In this document: piece after piece, positions 1 to 14,156 of the stretch | Numbering within the stretch: position 1 is the first letter of the stretch | Layout: each line of letters opens with the position of its first letter | Assembly: GCA_051362555.1 (NCBI GenBank) | Contig: CM120643.1 | Location: 23,440,848 to 23,504,847 of the forward strand | Length of the DNA stretch: 64,000 bases | Reading direction: 5' to 3' | Source of the DNA: Lingula anatina | Taxonomy: Eukaryota; Animalia; Brachiopoda | Program-made: the position numbers and the translations under genes | Notes under the pieces: model-generated | What the model saw: the letters and a program-made list of their open reading frames with translations, nothing else | Database searches by the model: none | Told to the model about the DNA's origin: nothing

Positions 1-285
1 AAATATGCATATGTATAATACCTATCATTAAAAAAGGCATTTGAAACATATTCCTGTGCTGTAGACAGCTACCGACAAACTACCTGGGTAACTACGAGGA
101 TATTACGAACGACATTTAAGGTAGTTTATTCGGGATTTACCCGCCAAAATATATTTTGAGGGGTTTTATGATCCTTGAGGTCTCGATTGGGAAATATAAG
201 TAACTTTGAAGGATATGCAGACATACAAAAATATAACTTTGGGACATTCCCAAACGCGAACTACGTCTGATTGAAGCCATGGTAC

Positions 286-566
286 CTGAACTACGAAAAG
301 TCCTTTGTTTTTCATATGGTGTCCGCTCTCTGACCCAAAGTGCCACAAAAAAGAGAATAAGAGAGAGAACACCTGACAGAGGAGAAATGAGAAACTTGTA
401 GTGAAGTGGTAAGCTTGGAATTCCTTCCAATATGGCGCTCGATGTGTCTGCGATGATGGCACCAACATTGCGCCAAAGATAAAACCTGTTTTAGAAAAGA
501 AAACATTTTGCTTTTGTTTGAAGTATAGATGTATATTGATAAATAACTTTAACTTCATTCAAATAT

Positions 567-613
<47 letters not shown>

Positions 614-1197
614 GTAAATGCTCCCAAATTGAATATATAATTTTACCAATGAATAAATCGCCTTCGATGCTTCTCGTCTGGTAACTGTTCAGCGCCAACT
701 ACCGGTAACACAGCGCCAAGACAGCCCTGTCCCAAAGCAGCCGTTGACAGTCCAGCCACGGCAAGATGTTTTGCGGTGCTGATGGAGTGCTAAGATAGGT
801 TTTAATGCTAATATTATAACAGTGTTTAAAATTTTTCATCAATTTGGAAGAAAATAGCAATGAAAACACTCTTTTGTAACAAACTAATTACAAAATTAAT
901 CAATTTTGTGAAAAATTCGATGAACGATCGGCCATCTTCATATTCGTCTGTCTCAAAGTGACGCATGTGGCGTTGTGTCACTAGTCGAGAAAATAAAGTG
1001 TCTGGACAACCAGAGGAGTAAAGGAAGCCAGGTGGATCGGGCAAGCACCGAATAATCATAATAGAGACGAATACAAATACACTCTCCTGCACCTGATCTT
1101 TGAGTATTCAGTGCCGCAGTCGATTCACTTAGGAGGGGGGAGTGAGGGCAGCGCTTAATACCCAAATTTGTTTGTGACAAGAGTGTTTTTACTGCTT

Positions 1198-1248
<51 letters not shown>

Positions 1249-2958
1249 CTATCTCTGCTTAAAACCCTATCAAGACATTTTCTGTAAATATTGACAAAGA
1301 TCCAGTGGAATTCCTTTATTGCCATCCATCACCTCTTTCTTTCAGTAATAAGTCTACGTGTTGAGTGCACTACATCCTGCAGAGACCCGAAATATGGGCC
1401 TAACATCACCTCACCTGCTCGTTATTTAAGGACGGACTGGATTTGCTCACATCAATGAAAACGCACCATTGATCAATGATCCGTTGCTTATTGTTATCTT
1501 GGAGGTTAAACCGCGCGCTCCATAGATATCAAATACAACCCAAACACTTAGGCCTACTGATATCAGTAAGTGATGACACACTTACTGATATCACGGTTGG
1601 TTTTAAAAGTTGCGATCACAATTTTGTAGATTAAAATGATTTCTTTTAAATTTAAAGTACAGATATTATGACATAATGAGGCCAAAATGTCTTCAGCACA
1701 TGACACTTCCCAACAAACACAGTGCTATCGTAGAAGTATAACGTTACCACGACGATACCAGAACGTTTTTGGTAATATGACGTTATGGGAATATTAAATG
1801 GCGTTCTGTATTTGCTAGGCACAGGCTATGAGCCAGATAAAGACACAACAATGAACACCAAAATTCTTAAATACGTTTTTCTTCAATTTGAGCATTTACC
1901 TCAATATGTTCAGCAAATTCGAGGAAAATGAGACCTGAAAGAATAATAATAATATTAACAAGCACATCCTAATGCTAACTGTCTGTAAATGGGGTGACAT
2001 TTTCAATTTAATGGATATTTCTTTACCAATGTGAAAATGTTATAAATTTGAATATATGTCATAAAATATGGATATTGTCACAACTATTTAGTATTTTCTG
2101 AACCATTAATCATGTTATATATGGCATCTGGAATAAAAAGGACTATTTATGACAAGTTTTACACCTGTGAGGTCATCATGATCATAAATCATGATCATCA
2201 TCATCTGTAAATAAAAGAACATAGGGTAGGGGGCAACTTTTTTTAGCAATGTTGTACATGTACATTGTAGTTCCACGTGATTAAGAGAATGTTATATGCG
2301 GTAGCACTCCTACTTATGTTTTCTGATGTATAATATTTGTGTAGTGCAAATTGAACCCAAAAATAGGAGTCCTTACGTTTTGCCACACGGAATTAAAAGA
2401 CCGATCTTGAGTTTACGTTATTAAAACTTACCGAGACTAAAAAGAATATATCCAATCGTTAACGTTGGTATTGGGCGTAAGAACGTATCAGCCATCGTCC
2501 CACCAAATATCCCCAAGCATGCTGACGCCCCTGCGAATACAAATTATCCCTGGTTTATCGTGAAAATTACAAGGCCAATCAAAATAAAAATAAACAGCCG
2601 TGCCTTAAAAACATCCGAAACACCGAGTCACGTTTTTAAGAACCTGCATGACCTTTGACTCACCTACAAACGCCATGTGAACTACTACTGCTGACGCCGT
2701 TGTTGAATTGAAAGTCACCAGCCATAACTCGTTCATATAGTTAACGATTGTGAAGTACGCAGAGCGTTCGCAGGCATGCGCCAGCAGTATCAACACAGCC
2801 GCTTTTGAAAATGACGAATATATACGTCTTTCAGTACAGTCTGTTTCTTCGTCGATTGTTTTCACTTGTGATACCGTGTCCGTGTAATCTATGGACTGAA
2901 TGTAAGAAATGCCTTTCGAACTGGTGTCGGATTTTGCACTGAAATGTATCTCATCCAT
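286..2958 (-). CDS. SLC15/POT (PTR2) family oligopeptide transporter, 5' portion; 3' part unresolved or outside the window
   Basis: GT-AG exons read manually: 2958-2664 (MDEIH...LILLAHACERSAYF, ExxERFxYY-like), 2530-2432 (GIFGGTMADTFL, GGxxAD motif), 789-647 (GLSTAALGQGCLGAVLPVVGAEQL...RRFIHW) and 485-286 (WFYLWRNVGAI, FYxxxNxG motif). A candidate exon near 1451-1552 does not fully reconcile the phases, so the model is incomplete. Confidence 0.8.
567..612. repeat. (AAT)n microsatellite
   Basis: Pure trinucleotide run; a second one lies at about 1199-1248. Confidence 0.95.
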
Positions 2959-4913
2959 TTTGATACAAAACAACAACTCAGGAAATCAGCCCTTTTATTA
3001 TTGCACGTGTTTTACGCGTTCTTCTATAAGTGCCAAGGTCTGCTGTCACCGCTGCAGTCACAATTTATGATACGCTATCTAAGTGATGGAAATATTTTGA
3101 TTAAATTGTTGTAAATAAATTGTTTGGGAAATAGATTATCAGTTTCCGATTATCATACATGATCGAGTCATGGGAGGGTCCCTTTTGACACAGGGTCCCG
3201 CTGATTTGAACCGTACTTGTATGAAACTGATGGATAGCGGACTCTCTATTGCAGAGACCCTGGGTTTCTAGACCACCGGCAAGTGTTTGATGTTGTTCTT
3301 GACATTAACTTTTCACTTAGTTCAGATGCCATTTAAAGAATAAAGTAAAGGCGGTTACTTCAATGTGTTTAAACGTATTGACTGTTGAATTAATTTATAT
3401 AATTGAAGATCAACAATGTGATCATTATTATTTTATATTGTTTATTTACTTTTTCTTTTCGTTATTGTCATCCCATTATTATCATTATTCACATGTTTTT
3501 GTACATATTAGATTTCGCGTCAGTATTTTGTACATTTCAGGTGACACGGTGAAACGAAACCAGAAGTGAAAGCAACACACTGCTGCTTCGCTAACAATTT
3601 TAATTAATGGGCTTATTAACATGACACGTGAAAAACATATTCACAAATATGTCTCTAGATAAATAGACAGTCGTTCTGGTTCTCAGTCAGCAAAAAATGT
3701 CCACAATAGTAACTGCAGCCCTGGTAGAGGGTACAATTCTTGTCCGTTGAAAAATCCGCTGATTCTCGACTGAAAGGAAGACCGCCTAATCCTGTAATGG
3801 TCTCTCCGCCTCTCACACGCCTCCCCACGCAGATGAGCCGAAATGAATGGAGACGTAATATAGATTGCGTTTCGAATATCATCGAAGCGATATTTTTTTT
3901 TTCACTTTATCTATGTATATTGCATTGACAAGCAATGGCCAAACTATCACTTACAGAACTGTATTACCTCCGCCAAGGTACTATCGTACTATCTTGAGTG
4001 TCAATTTGAACAACGGAGTCGACAATGCATACTTTATGTTTCGGCCTCTGCATCGGGAAAACACGAACATATAATCATGTGATATCAATAGACAAAGCAC
4101 ATTTGGCGGTAAAGTATGAAAGGAGGGTGGACGGAAACGAACAAAACAAAGGTACCAGTACATCTAATATTAAACGAAAAATCCAACGAGAAAAGGTAAG
4201 GTGACGTTTTCTTTACAACGTTTTCATATCCCTCCCACCCTCCCATGCATTCATTTTATCGCCCACCTTTTACAATCAGATTTTTACTTATAAATTTTGA
4301 TTAATTATTATGTATTTTTTCTTTATCAAGGGTATTTATGAAATACAAAATGTACTGAGTGACTCCCAATCGCCATAACAATCAATGTATTATTCAAAAA
4401 ATTCTGATTGCTAAATGAACAAAAATTTTGTTCTATTTAATATGTACAAGAGAATAAAATCTTCACGGCCCACAATTTTTTTAGCTAATTTGTTTCATCA
4501 CAAAAAATCAAGCAAGAGTAGTTAATGTAGGCCTACATGTACATTTAAGTAATAGTCGATTTGATAGTCATGTGATAAGCCAATGTCATCCCATCGGTGA
4601 TTGTTATGTGATGAACATTGGACTTACTATCGTAGTATAGCGTGAGACGAGTTAACCAGATTATGCATTGGGTGAAAATAGGTGAGCTTGATTCTTGCAT
4701 ATGCAGATTTACAATTGCGTCCTATGATTAGACAATGCGTCCTGAGCACCGCCATGTTTTACCCTACGCGTTGTATCCTTGCATTACTAAGTGCGGGTGT
4801 TTGAAACTGAACACCGTTTTCTTGTACAGTTTTTGTGAAAAGAACTCTGCGGATTCCGGTGGCAAAATACTCCATTATATAAGTTCTGAATCGACCTTCT
4901 AGACGCGTGATGT

Positions 4914-6298
4914 CACCCTGAGCTTCAGAGATAACTTGACACTAACCTCTTCACTATTAGCCTAACTTCATCGTGTCAAGTTACCTCTGACCACATTCGA
5001 TTGCCTCCGCCGCCCGCCAATCAAATTTAAAGCCCGCACTCAATGACTCATTGAACGATCTAGCCAATGAACGCGAACGAGTCAAAGCGCGCTTTGTTCA
5101 AATCCGGACCAATCAAAGATAAGGCTGAATATCAGGGACTTGCCGTAACCTGTGGGCAGCACGCAAAATACATCATCCCTCAGTAGATAATTAACCTATC
5201 GCTGGCTGTCAATCATCGGCAGCGCCTAAACCAATCAGCGCGCTGTATTTCTCACGCTTCAGTGCCGCCATGTTTTCGGGACAAACAACGTTCACATGAC
5301 GCGTGTTTCAGCAGCGGGTAATACGAAACATACCTAGAGTTTTCTAATCCAAAAATGGTAAAAAGATGTCAGTGGGGCCGCTGCAATTCAGATTCAAGGT
5401 ATCCTCAACGTTTAGAGGGCGGTGTGAAATTCATACCTTTTCCGAGACCGAAAAAAAATGCAGAAGAATGTCGACGATGGATCAAAGCCTGCGGCCGCCC
5501 TTTCTCTCAGCTTAATTTAGAAAAAGTTCACAATAAGTACGATCTCTTTGTGTGCACAAAGGTGAGTTTTATGTAATGTAATTATAATCTCCCTGCGTTT
5601 TTGTTTTCCCATTAAAAAGTGCTAGATGTGTGGTCTTTTAGTCTAACTTATAAATAAAATTATTTTCAAGCAGATGTGATGTAAACAATCGAGTATAAAA
5701 AGGGAATGCTTTGCAAGCCGATGTCATCTCGACATTTAGCTTCATCGCGTGCAGTTTTGTTGCATAACATTTAATATTTGATTATTGCTCGCACAATTTT
5801 ATGCATAATTTTGAAAAAAAATGTTTACCAGCAGAGCTGTGTGGTGTAAACGTCACAGCATTTTCGATGGGGGCATTCTCTGGTGAAACGGTGCATGCAT
5901 GTATGAAAATTGTTCAATGTCTTGGTACCGTTTTTAGCACTTCAAAGAAGGGAGACCCACACATCCCTCAGTAAATAATTATGCAGGGCATCAAACTGCT
6001 CTGGTTTCAATTCCGATATACTCCATGCTTTCTTTGTGTACGGTTATGCACTCGGAACTACTCGGATGTCTCCGCACTCGACAATAACTATGTTGTTAGT
6101 ATGGAGCTTGCGGAATCAGCCGAGGATTGCCGATTGACGGTCAACCAAACAGCGTTTTCACCAAACTTTGGTGAAAAATTTTGAAACATGGATTCTATAT
6201 AAACTAGGTCAAACTATTTTTGTCAGAGGTAACTTGACACGATGAAGATAGGCTATAGTGAAGAGGTTAGTGGCAAGTTATCTCTGAAGCTCAGGGTG
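4914..6298 (+). mobile_element. Non-autonomous DNA transposon with about 78-bp TIRs, an 8-bp TSD and a THAP-domain remnant (P-like; hAT or MuDR not excluded)
   Basis: Left TIR CACCCTGAGCTTCAGAGATAACTTG...TTACCTCTGAC from 4914 and its reverse complement ending ...GCTCAGGGTG at 6298. Exact TSD CGTGATGT at 4906-4913 and 6299-6306. No DDE transposase visible. Confidence 0.92.
5355..5980 (+). pseudogene. THAP zinc-finger remnant inside the transposon
   Basis: Exon 5355-5561 MVKRCQWGRCNSD...FIPFPRP...RRWIKACGRP...VCTK ends at a gtgagt donor. After ttttag at 5938 the frame continues HFKEGRPT, completing the C2CH plus P/W/F THAP signature. Confidence 0.85.
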
Positions 6299-6445
6299 CG
6301 TGATGTGGGAGTTAAACAACATCTCTCAGGCTTCCGATTACGGCCTACGTCACCGGGCCTACGTGCCAGCAGTCTTTTAAGTCTTATCGCTTTGGCACAT
6401 TTTAGTTTCTGAATTCTTAATTTGGGTTATTATGTCCATTTAAAT

Positions 6446-9400
6446 ATGGCCAGAAAGAGTGAATATACTTCAAGTCCACATGGACGACCAGCTGTCTTCC
6501 GAGTTCATCCTGCCAGGAGATTTGAGGGAAAATTTCCTTTTGACGAACAGCCAAAGGAGATCGGTTGCTTCTCACTGGACGCAGACAGGTTTTTTTACGA
6601 CGATAAGAGTCAGTTGAAATGGCTTCATATGCCAGAGAATGTAAATAATGTAAACTTTAATCTCAGGGATGGTTACAAAGTATTTCGGAAAAGGGACGAT
6701 AGTGTCAAATATTACATTGACGAGTTGTTGAGATGGATCCTGGTGAACAGAAAGAAGTTTTTGTTGCCAGGTCAAGATGAAGTATCTGATGGTGCATTTC
6801 CTCCTAAGTAAGGATACTGAGCAAGCCAATGTTACGCAAAGCACATTGATTATATACCTCACGCAGTTGTAAAAAATGAGAAGTAATGCTCCAACTAAAA
6901 TTTGGACAAGTTTATAGTTTTCTTTTAGTTTGTATTTTTTAACCTGTTTAGATGACTCAGTTTGATTAAGCGATAATGTAACAATAATAATCCATATCTG
7001 AACATTTCGTATTTTTGCCCTTTGAGGAGCCTTAGGAAGGCGATCTTTTGACAGATTTTTATATTTTTTCATTGTTTTATTAATTCTGGTCATTTGAGCT
7101 ATTATGAGTCACTTGTTGGCTATTACATTAAATATATTTCTTTGCGTATGTTTTTGGGTCCTCAAACAAGCAACAAATCCTTGTCAATTACTGATCATAG
7201 CAGGGCTAGATGTATAAAAAAACATTTTTAAAGAACTGCTGTCTTATTCAGTGTTAATAAAAAGATTAAGCATTATTTGGTTTTGTAATTTTTTTTCCCT
7301 TTTTTGTTTTCAGCCTCCATACTGATTTTGTGTGCTGGAGGGGCTTGCTGACCAAGCTGCTTTGTACCCCATATGAGAACAAAGATGGTTGGCTGATAGC
7401 TGTGACAAAGTTTAATGGTACATATTACCTGTATGAATATGACACACCAGAGAGGATTGTCGAGAGGGAGAATATGTCAGAGAGGCAGGATGAAATGTGC
7501 TACTGGGGCCATAAGTTTGAGCAGTACATGGTAGCTGGTAGGTTTTGAGGGATCTAAGGGACCATTCCCAGGACCTATCATACTAACTATGGATCGATCT
7601 ATCTCCAAATTCACACTAAATTGCAATCAACTTAGATGTCTTTCATGACTTCAAAAGCTGCTAAGGGTCAATTAATTATCGTTAAGCAGCTTTAGTAGAA
7701 GTGTCAGACATCTTAGCCGCTTAAGCTAAAAGCAATTTAGCGAGAAACCCCTTGAAGTTAGATCGATCCTGTTAAATCGATCTATAGGTATGGGAACCCA
7801 GTCTAAAAGCCATCTTATCATTTACACCTATGCTTGTTGGCAATTTGTTACTGTGTGTGATAAGTTTTTATTGCTTGTAAGATTGTTGCTTATCATGAGG
7901 TAAAGTACAGTTTTGAGGACCTGTGTATACTTGTACGTATCTGCTCTGTTGAACCTCGATCCTTATTCTGTTTTGCAACAATGCTGTTTATAGCTTTATA
8001 GCTGCCATGAATTTTTTAAGTATAGGTTGTTTTTATATATTGTTTGTATCTGCAAAACAGATGATTAAAAGTTACACCAAGTACACTAGAGTACAGAGAC
8101 ATCAGTACAGTTAACACTAAGACTGCAGCACAGTATAACATAACATTACAAAGTTGTATGTGTTACAATTAAAAGCAATGGCACAATGGCACAATTAAGA
8201 TCCTAATTGATGCCTATAAATGATTATGTTTTGCATGGGGACATGCACTTTTGAAATTAATTGCTCTTTAGCAAAACCAGACGGCCAACCAGACACTTGT
8301 GTTCCTGTCAACAATTATGAAGCATTTTGTCTTGTTGTGAGAAGAAGACTAAAAGAACATTCTCTTGGTGAGTAATCTGCAAATACCTGGCATGATAAAC
8401 TTTAGGCAAGTACTATACGTATTTTAATTTTGCTTAGAAAAAGGGAAAATATTTTACTGAAACTGGCTCCATGTATTAATAATTAGAGTGACGTGTAATA
8501 TAATAGCACTGTTTTCCAGTGTTTGCTGGGAAGACTGACTGCTATGACGCCAAAGAAAAATGTTATGTAGAATTTAAGACATCAAGAGAGATATATCAGC
8601 CAAATCAGGATAGAAATCTCAAAAGGTACAATTTTGGTTGGTATACGGTATCAAATCTTTTCTCGTATTAATAGAGACAAAAATGCAGAAGTCAGTATTA
8701 CAACTTCATTGGTTATATATATGATAACAATGATGAAAAAAAGCTAATTTCTGCTTAAAAAATCAGACGAACTTTTTTGTCACTTAGATTCATCACAGTC
8801 AGTACCATATTCGTCTAGGTTTAAGTTGATCAAGTGGTGGGCCCAGTCATTCCTACCTGCTGTTCCTAAGGTTATCTGTGGTTTCCGTGACGATGATGGT
8901 GTGGTTAGACGGTTGAAGACTTACCGCACTCTGGACATGCCCAACATTGCCAAGGTATCAGTATAAAAAATTTTAACGAAGTATCAGCATTGTGAATTAC
9001 CTTGTAACTTGAATGTAATAGCCTTTAATAACATTTTGAAGGCACCAGTTTGTTTAATGTGTAGATTTTTACAGGTTTAAAGAAATTTTACTTCATAGAA
9101 GTTGCATATATTAAACACTATTATTATACCTTTCCTTGAAATAATCATAAGATTTCAATCTCTTTTTGTAAAATTGTTTGTTGAAAAATTTAAACTAGAA
9201 TAATCAATTCAAGATTAGTTAATTAGAAGTTTATGAATTTAGCATATTCCAAATCCTTGGGATCCTGCAGTTTGTATGAACTTCTGCGATCAGTTCCTGA
9301 CCTTTGTCAAGCAAGTTGTCCTGAAAGATGACCCTAAGTAAGTAACAATGATAAATATTCTACAGCTACTACTTGTAGCTGACTTATATTCAATGTGTGA

Positions 9401-12400
9401 GTCTCTGTTCTGTCCAGTTGATTTAATTATATTGTGTCACTTCAGTGGTTTGTCATTTTCAGCTGTTGTTTTATTATTTATATTTCTATAATATATAGAT
9501 TTCATCTCCAGACTAAAAAATCATTATTCAAACTAGTATATTTTTTATTTATTTAATTGTTTATTTGTGTGTGTAATAAATTGTAATGGATGGTCAGACC
9601 AGCAGAAAAGTCTTTCTCCATTAAAACATGGGTATATCCTTTTACAAAGTTCTATTTTGTGTAACATTTCCAAACATTTTTTTCAGTGATAAAAATATAA
9701 ATTTCATAATTTTTATGTACAGACACAGATGTGTCTGTACATATTGCCGTCACCTGCGTCTGTCGTAACCGTCATCGCCATCGCCGTCGTGCACTTTCAG
9801 CGTAAACATGATAAGTGAAGACAGTTTTACCTTTTGGGTTTATATTTACAGAGCTGATGGATATTCGTAAAACGCAGGTCAAGTTCGAAAATCAGCATGA
9901 TCGGGCCATTATTTTAGCAGTTTTGTTGTTTTTTCACTTTTCAGCAGATACTCAACACTATTAACACATTTCAAGGCAAACCAATACGCCTGTTGTCATG
10001 AAAATCACTGGTGTAATCAATCTTACTTAAACGCATTTCAAGTTGAAAATCAGCATGATCTGGCCATTATTTTAGAAGTTATGCTGTTTTCTCACTTTTC
10101 ATCATATATGCAACACTGTAAACACATTTCAAGGAAAACCAATATGCTTATTGAAGTGAAACTCACAGGAGTGCTTATTCTTACTAAAATACAGGTCGAG
10201 TTAGAAAATAAGCTTGATTGGTTCAGTTTTGATGCCGTTACAACCATTCCACGAAAAAGGGTACAATTCTGAATAATACCTGTCACAGCTTATTTTCGGT
10301 AGTAAAAGTATCTGCAATTTTGCTTTTCTTCGCCTTTTTTATAAAGACCCTATGTATTATACTTAAAGAACAACAATTAATGTAGTACCACTTGCTTTGA
10401 CAGGAACCCCGGGGGTCTATATGCCACAAAAAGCACGATTTCTACGTGTCGCTTAGGTATTATACATGTAGCTGATTTGCCACAAGAAAACGTTTATACT
10501 TTCCCGTCTTTTAGTGTTTTTAGTCCTCAACTAATTTGAATTCATGTTTCCTTATCATACATGGTGTTCTCTGTCGAATTTGTTGGTTAGTTACGACACC
10601 GTCATAGTTTAATCAATGTTGCTCAGTAACCCCTAACCTCCTTAACGCTTTTTTAAGTCAATGTAAGAATAAAAGAAAATGCTCTTAAATGGAAAACGTG
10701 CGACTTATTTCCAATGTGATTGCACCGCATTTTCTATAATTGAAGAGAAATTGGCAATAATATTTTGAATACAAGAAAATCTTAATAACTGAATCAAATA
10801 TGGAGCCTGTAACCTTTGGCATGATTGAAATATAACCTAATTTAGATGTTACCTAACCTCCGTAACGAAAAAATACTGTACCATGTTTACACGTGCATAT
10901 TTCTTTAAATACAGTAATGGTGTGGGTTAAAATTCTTCTACTACTCTCTGAATACCTCTTCATCAGAATAATATAAAAAGTTCCCCAGTTTTGCAAAGGT
11001 CATATCACTGCATTTCTTTTTTGAAATTGTACCCCTTTTTGTGGAATGGCCGTAATATGCCTTGTTTTGTTTATAAATGCTTTTACGTAAGATTCAATTC
11101 TTACCCATGTTTATAGTCTCATTATTGAACTACTCAGATACGTATAACTGTTCTTTTGACAAATTTTTCATCTTTACAGGAATATTGTTAGTTGATTACA
11201 TAAAAATGGTGTTAAACCTATTAATCTATTGTGTACTTAAGTGTCAAAAATGGCAAAAAAGTAAATCATTGCAGTTTGTCAGATTTAATAATTTACTATG
11301 TTCAGAATCTCAGAATGGAGCAAATTAAACATTTTACATTGTTCTATTGATATTTTCTACATCTCAACAATTTCCTTAGTTGATCATTAAAAAGTACAGT
11401 AAATTAATTGTTTTATGTAAAAAAGTGTTAAAATGGAAATACACCCATTTCAGTACAGTTCTGTATTGTTTACATTTTGGCAATTTCAAGGTTTGACTTT
11501 GAAGTTCCATAGTCCCGAAGACCTTTGCTAGTCACATTTTCTGAATATTCATGATATTTCTATTTTATTGTACCACCAGCGTTGGCACTGGCGGTACACA
11601 TGGTTTTAGTCCCGTCCGGATCGTTCCGCTGGCTCCGCCGCCAAGTCACCGTTACCGCTTCTCCTCCTAGACTACAAGGGCCTGCACACCCATCTCTTGG
11701 ATTTAGGTCACCGATAATCTCAACTCGCCCCACGTTAAATTTGGGCTTCATTGGTGCTGGGGTCTAGGTGCGGCGCTCTTTGCAATGCACCCTTGTCAAA
11801 AAATTGGCAAAATTAAATGCTAATTATCTACCATACCGAAGGAATTATGGGAAAAGTATCTATAAACGGCTGACCGAAAGTCATATGTGGAGATTTCAAA
11901 TATGCCCTTGGATTTGACCTTTGACCTTTATTTCAAGGTGGAACGGGCCAAACTTTTTTAAAAAATTAATTTTTTTACAGAAAAAAATATTTGCGCTGTT
12001 ATTCAGAAACTACACCGACCTAACCTATAATATTATTGGCAGATGTTACCCTTTAGGTCATCTTTCATCTCCTTGAGTTTGGGTCAATCGGTGCATTTTC
12101 ACTGGAGTGGAGATACCGAAACTGAAAACTTTCTCTAATTCAGGAACCGTAAATGCTATAGACCTCTTCTTTTTCGCATTTTGTAGAGCATGTCAAGCCC
12201 AACACTGAAGGTGGTCTCCATTTTTTCTTATTTCCATACGGTTTACGAGTTATGCTGTATTAAAAAGTACATTGTGGTGGTGAAAGCAAAATGTGAAATA
12301 TGCCCAGCAGGCATAGTTGCGTTGGATCAACGTTGAAAACAGGTTGATACATTGAATTGCTGTTGATCTACCTAATTTCAACGTAAAATTAACGTTGATC

Positions 12401-12793
12401 CAGCCACGTCGAAACACCGTCATAATGTGACGTTGACTCAACGTTGTATTTTGGTCATTGACACAACCTTCCAGACATGGATTATATTTTAAAATATTAA
12501 TTGTTGAAAACGTGATACTTTGTTTATCAATACTGTAACTAACTTTATCAAAATAATCAAAAAAGTGGTAAAAGTAAAAGTGACAGTTGTTTTGTGTCTT
12601 TAGTGAACTAGTGAATTTTCTTAACTTGTTATTCAGAAATACATTCCAATAAACTGAATTCCGTGCAAGGTCAGCTAACACTAAGATGAATAAGTTGCTG
12701 TAAAGGTGATGGAGTGAAATAATAAAGTTAACAGTTCTTGGTAACCTGTTATACATAGACGGGTTGAGGTGACTGTGACTTTGTTACATACAC

Positions 12794-12855
<62 letters not shown>

Positions 12856-14100
12856 TCTAAACCTTGGAAATTTTAACTTAAAGGCCATACTTTTATACCC
12901 CACCCTCAGTTCATTTCAATGTCTTTTCATGCAAGAATGTTGTCTAACAACTGGGGTTGATACAATGTTGTTATCTGACTTTGATACAACGTTGTTATCT
13001 GAGGTTGAGTCAACTTTCAAATCCAATGTTTATCAAATGTCTTATCAACGGTATAGGTCCAACGTTGTTTCAACGTTAAAACAACATATTTTGCCCGCTG
13101 GGTGGTTATGTGTAATACTAACGACTTTTCTTTATTTCAATTAATTTTTTGAAGGAAATTTATGGCATATTATTGTAACTCCAAAATTGTAACATTCAGT
13201 CCCTTACATCTCCAAAACTGGCAGAGATAGGTCCATAGTTACTATTAAAGTTATACTGGCAATTTAACTGTGGCCTTAAAATTGACCTTTGACCTACTTT
13301 CACCACGAACTGAACTTTGCAACATTTAAGTCCCTTATATCTCCAAAACTGGCAAAGAAACACCCATAGTTACTATTGAACTTGAATAGGAAGTCATATA
13401 CTGGCAATCTAACTATGACCTTAAAATTGACCTTTGACCTACAGTACTTATCACCATATACTAAACTTTGCAACTTTTTTCAAGCTTATACTTTCAAAAC
13501 GGGCAAAGTTACGCCCATAGCTACTATTGAAGTTGAGTAGGAAGTCATATACTGGCAATTTAACTGTGACCTTATAATAGAAATATGACCTACTTTTCAC
13601 CATGAACCGCTCTTTCCAATGTTTCCTTTATATCTCTAAAACTGGCAGAGATATACACCTATAGTTAGTATTAAATCTGTATAGGAAGTCATATACTGGA
13701 AATCTAACTGTGACCCTGAAATTAACCTTTGACCTAATTTTCACCATGAACTGATCTATGCAAATTTTCTATCCCTTATATCTCAAAAACCATCAGAGAT
13801 ACACCCAAAGTTGCTGTTGAACTTGAATAGGAAGTCATACACTGGCTATCTAACTGTGCCCTTGAAATTGACCTTTGACCGACTTTTTATGATGAACTGT
13901 TTTTTGTATGTTTTCTAGCCTTTAAATTTCCAAAATTTGCAAAGAAATGCCCATGGTTACTATTGAACTTGAATAGGAAGTCATATACTGTGACATTGAA
14001 ATTGACCTTTGACCTACTTTTTCACCATGAACTGAGCTTTGCGTATTTACTTGCCCCTCATATCTTCAAAACTAGCAGAGATATGCCCAGTGTTGCCGCT

Positions 14101-14156
<56 letters not shown>

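Noticed and set aside
826-1180. Short minus-strand ORFs as SLC15 exons or a SINE
   Set aside because: No POT motifs, no convincing splice phases and no A/B boxes.
6572-7093. 173-aa minus-strand ORF
   Set aside because: Antisense to DXO exon 1 and intron 1, with no protein motif.
12250-13144. 168-aa and 115-aa ORFs
   Set aside because: They lie within a MITE and (TA)n tract; the second MITE copy does not preserve the frames.
14103-14155. Poly-T run of about 50 nt as a retrocopy tail
   Set aside because: No TSD or retroposed body; it sits inside a Helentron-like element and its length may be a sequencing artefact.
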